A stretch of DNA of 51,479 bases from an uncultured virus (IMG/VR IMGVR_UViG_2061766007_004248) (lineage: Duplodnaviria > Heunggongvirae > Uroviricota > Caudoviricetes): the IMG/VR virus record IMGVR_UViG_2061766007_004248, one strand, 5' to 3'. A program made the translations under genes and the position numbers. The notes under the pieces were generated by a model. The model saw only the letters and a program-made list of their open reading frames with translations, did no database searches and was not told the DNA's origin. How positions within the stretch are numbered: the stretch's first letter is position 1; the number at the start of each line of letters is the position of its first letter. Positions 42,874 through 51,479 of this stretch are shown in pieces.

Positions 42874-43160
42874 TGTGAAGCTGATCGAGTGACCTTGCCA
42901 AGCAGAGCGTCTGCTTACGTTTTCCATCACTCCGAGACTCTCATATAGGCCGACAAAAAGGAGGCGGCCGACAGAAGCAGCTCACGGCTTCACACTAAGC
43001 GGCGCGTCCGGCGATCTTCCGGACAACTCACGCAGAGCCGGGTACGGCTCACTACCGGGGCATAAGCCCTAAGCACTCTGGCTTCGACGGGAGCCGGAGA
43101 TTGACAAACTGAACATACGCCTGTGTGCACGCAGGGCTGCGGATGTTCGCATATGGATTT
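42874..43160 (+). ncRNA. Structured 5' leader of the replication operon
   Basis: TGTGAAGCTG/CGGCTTCACA long-range stem, several hairpins, boxA-like ATTGACAAACTGAACA at 43100. Confidence 0.45.
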
Positions 43161-43396
43161 CATCGATGAAACGCAGCGGTCATGGACCGTTGTGTGGAAG
43201 CGGCAAAAATCTGTATCGGATACCCTTGGTCTCGTGCACCCAAAATCAGGTGTAATGCTGCTTCAGCCGGGCCAGGGGAAGAAAGAATCTCATGGTCCGG
43301 CTTTCTTTATCGGGACGCTGATTATAAGAAGCGCAGCATCCGTTGTCCTGCCCACTCAGGCCATCAGGCCAGGAGCCTGGGAAAGGGACAACAACA

Positions 43397-43833
43397 ATGA
43401 AAAACTATCGTGAGGGCAAGAAGCAAGACGGCAAATTCTACCTGAGAGTCGGCAAGAGCTGGGTTGAGGTCAACGAGGAAGTTTACTACGGCTACATGGA
43501 TCTCGTCTGGAAGGAGGAGAAAAACGAGGACCGGCGGTCCCGCTGCATGATCGGCGGGAAACGGTGCATGGGAGACTGCAAAGAGTGCAACCATGACCGC
43601 ACAGGATCGCCGCTCTCTCTGGACCAGATGTATGAAGAAAATGATTACGAAGCGCCGGATAAGCGGGCGTCGGTGGAGGACCAGGTGCTCTCGCGCTTCC
43701 TGCATGAAGCACTACACAGGGAGCTGAATGCGCTTCCCCCGGAAGACCAGGCTCTGCTCCATTACATTTACTTCGAGGACATCCCGTACACACACCGGCA
43801 GATCGCGAGAAAGCTCCACATCTCCCAGCAGGC
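43397..43833 (+). CDS. Element-encoded sigma-70 region 4-like protein (3' end at gap)
   Basis: WVEVNEEVY...RC..DCKEC...LSLDQ...L..LPPEDQALL...THRQIARKLHISQQ. Confidence 0.75.
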
Positions 43834-43872
43834 NNNNNNNNNNNNNNNNNNNNNNNNNNNNNNNNNNNNNNG

Positions 43873-44282
43873 ATGAAAGCACTGTATATGGAACCCTGTG
43901 AAGCAGCCAGGATGATCGACACCGACGATCCGGAAGAGACCCTGGGAGGACCGGTGGAGTATCTCTGGCCTTTCGAGGACGCGGAAGAGATCTGCATGGT
44001 CGTATTGGCCGTCCGTGAAGACCTGCCGCCCAACCGCATCTTTGAGGAATGCGGGACGGTACGCGGACCGATCCTTTTTGCCGGCAGCCACGACGATTTT
44101 GACGATCTCACAGATGCTGAGATCGCTTATGTCGAGCGTCATTCCGCTTTTGCAGAAGAGGAATACGAATCAGCGACTGCGATCCCTTCGAAGAGGACGC
44201 GCAAGAGGAGGAAGACTTCTGCGGCATCCGCATTGTGGACGAAGACGAGTTCTACGACAACATTGATGGAGATTTATTCTGA
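43873..44282 (+). CDS. DUF3846-like protein (apparent frameshift near 44170)
   Basis: LGGPVEYLWPF...LPPNR...RGPILFAG..DDFDDLT; acidic tail continues in another frame to TGA 44280-44282. Confidence 0.55.
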
Positions 44283-44287
44283 TTTTC

Positions 44288-44320
44288 GGTTGTCAGACCG
44301 GGCGCAACTGTCCGTGGAGA
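44288..44320 (+). promoter_or_regulatory. Repeated motif GGTTGTCA-N11-ACTGTCCGTGGAGA, copy 1
   Basis: Identical flanks with variable spacer; also at 45125, 45379 and 50426. Confidence 0.7.
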
Positions 44321-44380
44321 AGTGGAGGGGCAGTCTCCTCCCATTAGATATCCCCTGTGTGGGGAGGAAGGAGCTCAAAA

Positions 44381-44838
44381 ATGGTAAGAGCAATGGTTCT
44401 GGAACCTGGCAGGCAAGCGGAGGTGCGGTTTATCTGTCCGAAGAAGATCGATGAGCTGGTGGACGGTCACCCCGAGTACACCGTTCCCCGCAAAGGGATC
44501 TGCATAGCAGTCAACGAGGAAGGCAAGATCAAAGGGCTTCCCCTGAACCGATCCCTGGTGGATGATGACGGCGAAATTCTGGACATCTTTGCCGGAACGA
44601 TGGTCATCTTCGGCTGCAATGATAAGGAAGAGATCTGCAGNNNNNNNNNNCTGGTGGATGGTCACCCCGAGTACACCGTTCCACGCAAAGGGATCTGCAT
44701 AGCAGTCAACGAGGAAGGCAAGATCAAAGGGCTTCCTCTGAACCGATCCCTGGTGGATGACGATGGCAGCATCCATGATATTTTCGCTGGAACGATGGTC
44801 ATCTTCGGCTGCAATGATAAGGAAGAGATCTGCAGCCT
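44381..44838 (+). CDS. DUF3846-like protein (two overlapping variant fragments)
   Basis: VNEEGKIKGLPLNR...DIFAGT. Confidence 0.75.
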
Positions 44839-45378
44839 NNNNNNNNNNCTCCTAACTGTCCGTGGAGAGATAGAGGGGCAGAGAACCGCCTCGGAAAGGA
44901 GGGGAGCCGATCATGACACAGATCACCGGAATACGCGCCGGTGGAAAGGCGGATGCGAAGAACATTCTNNNNNNNNNNGACGGATGAGCAGGTGGTGTCT
45001 CTTCTGGATGAGTTCGGCGAGCCCGAGACCCCGGATGACTGGGTGGATGAAGGCGTCGATTTCACCAGGGAAGACATGCATCAGATTCTCGATGAAGTGA
45101 TCAACAGGTTTTATTCCTAAGTGTGGTTGTCAATCGGTTCCTAACTGTCCGTGGAGAGATAGAGGGGCAGAGAGCCGCCTCGGAAAGGAGGGAGCCGATC
45201 ATGACACAGATCACCGGAATACGCGCCGGGGGCAAGGCGGATGCGAAGAACATTCTCTGGGCCATCAGCGCAGTCGAAACACGTATGAAAGGAGGGAAAG
45301 CCAATGAAAGAAGCACAGATCGCAGCGGCCATTCACAGAATCGGCGNNNNNNNNNNGACAGGATTTATTCCTAAGTGT

Positions 45379-45411
45379 GGTTGTCAACTGGCTCCTGACT
45401 GTCCGTGGAGA
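45379..45411 (+). promoter_or_regulatory. Repeated motif, copy 2 (allelic variants at 44849 and 45125)
   Basis: GGTTGTCA-actggctcctg-ACTGTCCGTGGAGA. Confidence 0.7.
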
Positions 45412-45556
45412 GATAGAGGGGCAGAGAGCCGCCTCGGAAAGGGGGAGCCGATCATGACGCAGATCACCGGAATACGCGCCGGTGGAAAGGCGGATGCGAA
45501 GAACATTCTCCGGGCTATTGGCGCAGTCGAAACACGTATGAAAGGAGGAAAAGCCA

Positions 45557-45844
45557 ATGAAAGAAGCACAGATCGCAGCGGTCATTCACAGAATCGGCGA
45601 GGAAATCATCGCCCTGGCGGATTACCTGGCCGNNNNNNNNNNGCCCGCAGCAGAGGAACAGCCTGCAGCTCCGGCCATCAAGCTGGAAGAGGTCCGCACT
45701 GTTCTCGCGGAGATCAGCCGGTCCGGGAAGACTGCGCAGATGAAGGAACTGCTCGGCAGGTTCGGCGCCGGCAAGCTTTCAGATGTGAAACCGGAAGACT
45801 ACGCTGCCCTTCTCGCTGCTGCGAAGGAGGTCAGGAATGCCTGA
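45557..45844 (+). CDS. Small phage protein preceding DUF2800 (gapped)
   Basis: IKLEEVRTVLAEISRSGKT...GAGKLSDVKPEDY. Confidence 0.7.
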   Translation: MKEAQIAAVIHRIGEEIIALADYLAXXXXPAAEEQPAAPAIKLEEVRTVLAEISRSGKTAQMKELLGRFGAGKLSDVKPEDYAALLAAAKEVRNA

Positions 45845-47073
45845 TATTCACGCGAAGTTCAGCCCGTCCGCTTCAGACCGCCTGATCCATTGTCCGCCGT
45901 CCCTTTTGCTCGGCGAACAGTGCGGCGCNNNNNNNNNNTGCGAAGTTCAGCCCGTCTGCCTCAGATCGCCTGATCCATTGTCCGCCGTCTCTTTTGCTCG
46001 GCGAACAGTGCGGCGCGGAGGACACCGGCAGCGAATACAGCCGGGAGGGTACGGAAGCCCATGCGGTCGGAGAGTTCCTGCTGAAGGAAGCGCTGGGCCT
46101 CCCTTGTGAGGATCCCCGTCCTGCCCTGAAAATGTATGGGCCTGAGATGCAGGAATGCGCGGAAGGATACCGGGATACAGTCCTGGAGATCTACGAAACC
46201 ATGAAGCAGACCTGCCCGGACGCGATCATCTCCGTTGAGCAGCAGGTCAGCTTCGAGGAATATGTCGCCGGGGGCTTTGGGACTTCCGACTGCGTGATCC
46301 TCGGCGACGGCCACATGTATGTGATCGATTACAAGCACGGGAAAGGCGTGGAGGTATCGGCAGAGGACAACCCGCAACTCAAGTGCTACGCGTTGGGCAG
46401 CTACCTCGCTTTCTCTCCGCTGTATGACATCACGGATATCACCCTGGTGATATACCAGCCCCGCATCAGCAACTACAGCCAGTGGAGTTTGAGTGCTGAC
46501 GCTCTGCTTTCGTGGGCAGAGACAGTCCTTCGCCCGCAGGCGGAGCTGGCTCTGAAGGGAGCAGGTGAATACAGCTGCGGTCCCTGGTGCCGGTTTTGCC
46601 GCGCGAAGGCGATCTGCCGGAAACGGGCCGAGGAGAACCTGATGCTTGCCCGGTACGATTTCGCCAGACCGGACTGCCTGGAAGAGGATGAGATCAACGT
46701 CATCCTGGCCAGGGTAGACCAGCTTGTCGCATGGGCGGAGGACGTTAAAACCTACGCTTTGCAGCAGGCTCTCGCGGGATACGCCTGGGATGACTGGAAG
46801 GTCGTTGAAGGAAGAGCGGTCAGAAAATACAGCGACGAGGCCGCCGTTGCAAAGGCCGTGGAAGACGCAGGCTACGATCCCTTCGAACGGAAGCTCCTGA
46901 CCATCACGGCAATGGAGAAGCTGCTCGGAAAGAAAAACTTTGAAACACTGCTGGGAGACATGGTTGTCAAGCCCAGCGGGAAGCCGACGCTCGTGCCAAG
47001 AAGCGACAAGCGTCCTGAGATGACGACCGCAATCTATGAATTTACGGAGGAAAACGAAAATGGCAAAGAATAA
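45837..47073 (+). CDS. DUF2800 Cas4/RecB-like PD-(D/E)XK nuclease (gap near 5' end)
   Basis: HAKFSPS...CPPS, GTSD, IDYKHG, QL.CYALG, WCRFC....C. Confidence 0.88.
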
Positions 47074-47623
47074 TGACCCGAAGAAGATCATCACCGGTTG
47101 GGATACCCGCTGGAGCTACTGCAACGTCTGGGAAGCAAAGGGCATCGATGGCAGCAAGCCTGCCTGGTCCGTGAGCCTGATCATCCCGAAGTCCGATAAG
47201 GAGACCCTGACCAGGATCGAGAAGGCGATCCGGGCGGCTTATGAGGAAGGCGCTTCCGTCCTGAAGGGCACCGGCAAGACTGTGCCTCCGCTGTCTGCGA
47301 TCAACAGTCCGCTGAATGACGGCGATGAAAAGCGCAGCGACGATCCGGCCTATGCGAACGCCTACTACATTAACGCCAAGAACTATCAGCGCGCGCCGGG
47401 AATCGTGGATAAGGACCGTCAGGATATCCTCGATCACTCTGAGGTGTACAGCGGCGTCTATGGGAGAGCCTGCATTTCCTTCTTCGCGTACAACAAAAAC
47501 GGAAACAAGGGCATCGGCTGCTCTCTGCATCATCTGCAGAAGGGCAGTGACGGAGAACCGCTGGGCGGATTTACCCGTGCAGAGGACGAGTTCGACGACG
47601 GCGATGAGGATTTCCTGAGCTGA
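47060..47623 (+). CDS. DUF2815 phage ssDNA-binding-like protein
   Basis: RWSYCNVWE, SVSLIIPK, EVYSG.YGR, DGEPLGG, acidic tail DDGDEDFLS. Confidence 0.88.
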   Translation: MAKNNDPKKIITGWDTRWSYCNVWEAKGIDGSKPAWSVSLIIPKSDKETLTRIEKAIRAAYEEGASVLKGTGKTVPPLSAINSPLNDGDEKRSDDPAYANAYYINAKNYQRAPGIVDKDRQDILDHSEVYSGVYGRACISFFAYNKNGNKGIGCSLHHLQKGSDGEPLGGFTRAEDEFDDGDEDFLS

Positions 47624-47660
47624 TCCCTCTTGCGGGGCAAGACGTGCACATACAAACCAC

Positions 47661-47688
47661 AGCCAGCTCTATACGGGGCTGGCTTTTT
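47661..47688 (+). terminator. Intrinsic terminator-like hairpin before the polymerase (repeated in variant fragments)
   Basis: AGCCAGCTC..GGGCTGGCT followed by a T run. Confidence 0.6.
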
Positions 47689-48012
47689 GCCGTTACGGAG
47701 GTGNNNNNNNNNNTGAGTTCGACGACGGCGATGAGGATTTCCTGAGCTGATCTCTCTTGCGGGGCAAGACGTGCACATATAAACCACAGCCAGCTCTATA
47801 CGGGGCTGGCTTTTTGCCGTTACGGAGGTGGCAAATGGAGAAGATGTCGATAGACATAGAATCGTTCAGTGAAACTGATCTGACGAAGACNNNNNNNNNN
47901 TGACGGCGATGAGGATTTCCTGAGTTGATCCCTCTTGCGGGGCAATACGTGCACATACAAACCACAGCCAGCTCTATACAGGGCTGGCTTTTTGCCGTTA
48001 CGGAGGTAGCAA

Positions 48013-50387
48013 ATGGAAAAGATGTCGATCGACATAGAATCGTTCAGTGAAACTGATCTGACGAAGACAGGCGTTTACCGGTACGCGGAGGATCCGGCTT
48101 TTGAGGTGCTTCTCCTGGGCGTGGCGGTCGACGATGGTCCGGTCACGGTCTATGACCTGACAGCTGGGGAAGAGGTACCGGAGGAGATACTCTCAGCTCT
48201 GCAAGACCCTGAGATCACAAAATGGGCCTTCAACGCCATGTTCGAGCGGGTATGTTTATCCCGATATCTGTGGGATAAGGGTTTNNNNNNNNNNCGCTCT
48301 GCAAGACCCTGAGATCACAAAGTGGGCTTTCAATGCCATGTTCGAGCGGGTATGTTTATCCCGATATCTGTGGGATAAGGGTTTGCTCCCCAGGGGACAG
48401 TTCCTTCCTCCGGAAGGCTGGCGGTGTTCCATGATCTGGAGCGCGTACATGGGATTCNNNNNNNNNNAGCTCTGCAAGACCCCGAGATCACAAAATGGGC
48501 CTTCAATGCCATGTTCGAGCGGGTATGTTTATCCCGATATCTGTGGGATAAGGGTTTGCTCCCCAGGGGACAGTTCCTTTCTCCGGAAGGCTGGCGGTGT
48601 TCCATGATCTGGAGCGCGTACATGGGATTTCCCATGTCTCTCGCAGGAGCAGGGGCGGCCCTTGGCCTGGAGCAGCAGAAGATGACGGAGGGCAAGGAGC
48701 TCATTCGCTATTTCTGTGTTCCGTGTAAGGCGACAGCCAGCAATGGCGGGAGAACAAGGAACCTCCCCGTTGATGCTCCGGATAAATGGGAGACCTTTGT
48801 GGCTTACAACAGGAGAGACGTGGAAGTGGAGCTGCAGATCAAGGAGCGCCTTTCCTCCCATCCTGTCCCGGAGTCCGTCTGGCAGGAGTATTGGAATGAT
48901 CAGACGATCAATGACAGAGGCATTCAGATCGATCTTCCAATGGTCCGGCAGGCGATCCGCCTGGATGCGCTCTCCCAGCGGCATCTCAGCGATGCGCTGC
49001 AGGAACTCACAAACCTGGATAATCCCCGTTCAGTGCAGCAAATGAAGGACTGGCTGGCGTCGCAGGGCATGGAAATGGATTCACTGGGCAAGAAGGTGGT
49101 CGCAGATGTGCTTCGGACTGCGCCTGAACCGCTCCGGACGGTCCTGACGCTTCGGCAGCAGCTCGCCATGTCCGCTGTGAAGAAATACACGGCCATGGAA
49201 AACGCAGTATGTGCCGACGGCCGTCTCCGGGGCATGTTCCGCTTTTACGGCGCAAACCGGAGCGGCCGTTTCTCCGGCACCATTGTTCAGCTGCAGAACC
49301 TTTTCAGGAATTCTCTCCCTGACCTGATCCAGGCGAGATCGCTCGTGTCCCGTGGAGATTATACCGCCTTGGAGACTTTATACGATTCCGTGCCCCAGGT
49401 GCTTGCCGAGTGCGTCCGGACAGCGTTTATCCCTGCCCCCGGCTACAAGATGATCGTCGCGGATTTCAGCGCGATCGAATGCCGGGTGCTTGCCTGGCTG
49501 GCGGGAGAGCAGTGGGTGCTGGATGTGTTTGAAGCGGGCGGCGACATTTATTGTGAGACAGCATCCCGCATGTTCCACGTGCCTGTGAAAAAGCACGGGA
49601 TCAATGGCGAACTCCGCCAGAAAGGCAAACAGGCCACTCTCAGCTGTGGTTACGGCGGCGCGGAAGGCGCGCTGATCGCGATGGGAGCGTTGGACGCGGG
49701 CATGAAGGAAGAGGAGCTTGGACCTCTGGTGTCGGCATGGCGGACCGCCAATCCTAACATCGTGCAGATGTGGCGGGCGGTCGATAGGGCCGTCAAGACA
49801 GCCGTNNNNNNNNNNTTGGCGGGCGGTCGATAGGGCCGTCAAGACAGCCGTCAAGGAGAAAACTTTAACCCGCACCCACGGCCTGACTTTCGAGTACCGA
49901 GGCGCGATGCTGTATATCACCCTTCCCTCGGGACGCCAGCTCAGTTACGTCAANNNNNNNNNNGGTAACGCGTACTCACGGCCTGACTTTCGAGTACCGA
50001 GGTGCGATGCTGTATATCACCCTTCCCTCGGGACGCCAGCTCAGTTACGTCAAGCCCCGGATCGAAGAGAACCGTTTCGGCGGTGAGTCCGTGACCTACA
50101 TGGGGATGGATACGACGAAGCATTGGTCCCGGATCGAGTCCTTCGCCGGGAAATGGGTGGAGAACATCGTACAGGCAGTCAGCAGGGACATCCTTTGCTA
50201 CGCGATGGCACAGCTCCGGGATTACCGTATCGTTGCTCATGTCCATGATGAATGTATCGTGGAAGCCCCGCAGGAGGCGACGGTTCAGGAAATCTGTGAC
50301 CTGATGGGCCGGGTTCCTCCCTGGGCTACGGGACTGATCCTGCATGCGGATGGGTACGAGTGTCCAGGCTTCTATATGAAGGACTGA
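48013..50387 (+). CDS. Phage family A DNA polymerase (fragmented by gaps)
   Basis: DIESFS exonuclease motif; ADFSAIE; RQKGKQATLSCGYG; HVHDE. Confidence 0.92.
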
Positions 50388-50425
50388 GCTTTTGTTTGGA
50401 ACAGAACAACTTTTTCTGCGTTTTT

Positions 50426-50458
50426 GGTTGTCAAACCGCGCACAACTGTCCGTGGAGA
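50426..50458 (+). promoter_or_regulatory. Repeated motif, copy 3
   Basis: GGTTGTCA-aaccgcgcaca-ACTGTCCGTGGAGA. Confidence 0.7.
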
Positions 50459-50517
50459 AGTAGGAGGCTGATCGGCCTTCTTATTCCACACCCCATACGG
50501 GGAGAAGGGAGCGTTTT

Positions 50518-51420
50518 ATGAACGCATTACAGGTTTTCATGTATACGGACCATCCGGTCCGGGTGATCGAGATCAATGGGGATCCGTTCTTCGTCGGGAA
50601 GGACGTGGCGGAGGTGCTGGGTTACACCAACACCCGAGACGCCCTCCGGAAGCATGTCGACGATGAGGATAAGGGCGTAGCGAATTGCGACACCCCTGGC
50701 GGAATGCAGGAGCTGACGGTAGTTAACGAATCAGGGCTTTATTCCCTCATCCTTCGGAGCCAGCTTCCGACGGCNNNNNNNNNNATGGCCTTCTTATTCC
50801 ACACCCCATACGGGGAGAAGGGAGCGTTTTTTGAACGCATTACAGGTTTTCATGTATACGGACCATCCGGTCCGGGTGATCNNNNNNNNNNGCACTGGGT
50901 TACGTCAGAGGTTCTTCCCTCTATCAGGAAACACGGCGCGTACCTCACGCCTAACACGATGGAGCGGGTCATCGCCGATCCTGACTTCGGCATCACCCTC
51001 CTGCAGGAACTGAAGTCAGAGCGGAACAAAGTTGCCGCGCTTAAAACTACAGTAGCAGTTCAGACCCAGCAGATCGCGGAGATGAAGCCGAAGGTCGGGT
51101 ACTACGATATCGTGCTGCGTTCCCCGTCCCTGGTAAAGACCTCCGTCATCGCGAAGGATTACGGCATGGGAGCGCCTACGTTCAACCGCCTGCTGAAGAA
51201 GCTGGGCATCCAGTACAAGCAGGGTGATATCTGGCTGCTCTACGCAAAGTACCAGGATAAGGGATACACCTCGACGGAGACATACCACTACACCAATGAA
51301 AGGACAGGGGAGCCTGGTACTCAGTGCTGGACGAAGTGGACACAGAAAGGCCGCCTCTTCCTGTACGAGACGCTGAAGGCGGAGGGGATCCTGCCCACCA
51401 TAGAAAAGGACGCGGCATGA
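50518..51420 (+). CDS. BRO-N / ANT (KilAC) phage antirepressor (gapped)
   Basis: PFFVGKDVAEVLGY, NESGLYSLI, WVTSEVLPSIRKHG, IAKDYGM, WTQKGRLFLYE. Confidence 0.92.
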   Translation: MNALQVFMYTDHPVRVIEINGDPFFVGKDVAEVLGYTNTRDALRKHVDDEDKGVANCDTPGGMQELTVVNESGLYSLILRSQLPTXXXXMAFLFHTPYGEKGAFFERITGFHVYGPSGPGDXXXXHWVTSEVLPSIRKHGAYLTPNTMERVIADPDFGITLLQELKSERNKVAALKTTVAVQTQQIAEMKPKVGYYDIVLRSPSLVKTSVIAKDYGMGAPTFNRLLKKLGIQYKQGDIWLLYAKYQDKGYTSTETYHYTNERTGEPGTQCWTKWTQKGRLFLYETLKAEGILPTIEKDAA

Positions 51421-51479
51421 AGGTCTTCATTTGTTCGCCCTTCGCAGCATTCTCCGGGATCAAGACTACTGTCGAGGGG
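51417..51479 (+). CDS. Start of a small phage protein (MKVFICSPF...), truncated by window end
   Basis: ATGA overlap with the antirepressor stop. Confidence 0.5.
   Translation, partial: MKVFICSPFAAFSGIKTTVEG

Noticed and set aside
45837..47073. Cas4-like nuclease as evidence of CRISPR-Cas
   Set aside because: It is in the standard DUF2800-DUF2815-PolA phage module; no cas genes or repeat-spacer array seen
44381..50892. Many short direct repeats in the DUF3846, DUF2800, DUF2815, polymerase and BRO regions
   Set aside because: Every repeat boundary coincides with an N gap and copies differ by scattered SNPs: strain variation, not real repeats or a shufflon

Overview
This is a Clostridia-like (Bacillota) accessory region on a heavily gapped scaffold. 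Many 10-N joins separate near-identical overlapping fragments, so gene order across gaps is uncertain and part of the apparent duplication is probably strain bubbles. From left to right: (1) an integration module on the minus strand with two large serine recombinases, a small recombinase-domain protein and a SHOCT-like protein; (2) a ~20 kb WapA-like Rhs/YD polymorphic toxin locus with a DNRLRE-domain N-terminus, many core copies and at least five different C-terminal tips with candidate immunity genes, interspersed with an ECF sigma/anti-sigma pair, IS3- and IS21-derived miniature elements and IS256/IS66 remnants; (3) a defence island with DUF5131, SNF2 helicase, DUF4391, AbiH, type III Mod, a promoter plus small structured RNA plus AbiF, type III Res, and a GIY-YIG/DUF5655 fusion; (4) a prophage-like control and replication module with an XRE-S24 repressor, ImmA-HTH, a long structured leader, a sigma-like protein, DUF3846 x2, DUF2800, DUF2815, family A DNA polymerase and a BRO/ANT antirepressor. 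The best leads are the two Abi genes nested in a type III R-M operon, with an RNA-preceded AbiF coupled to Res; an orphan sRNA; a fixed-spacing promoter motif probably read by the element's sigma factor; and unusual Rhs toxin/immunity pairs. All family calls come from motif recognition by eye, not from database searches.
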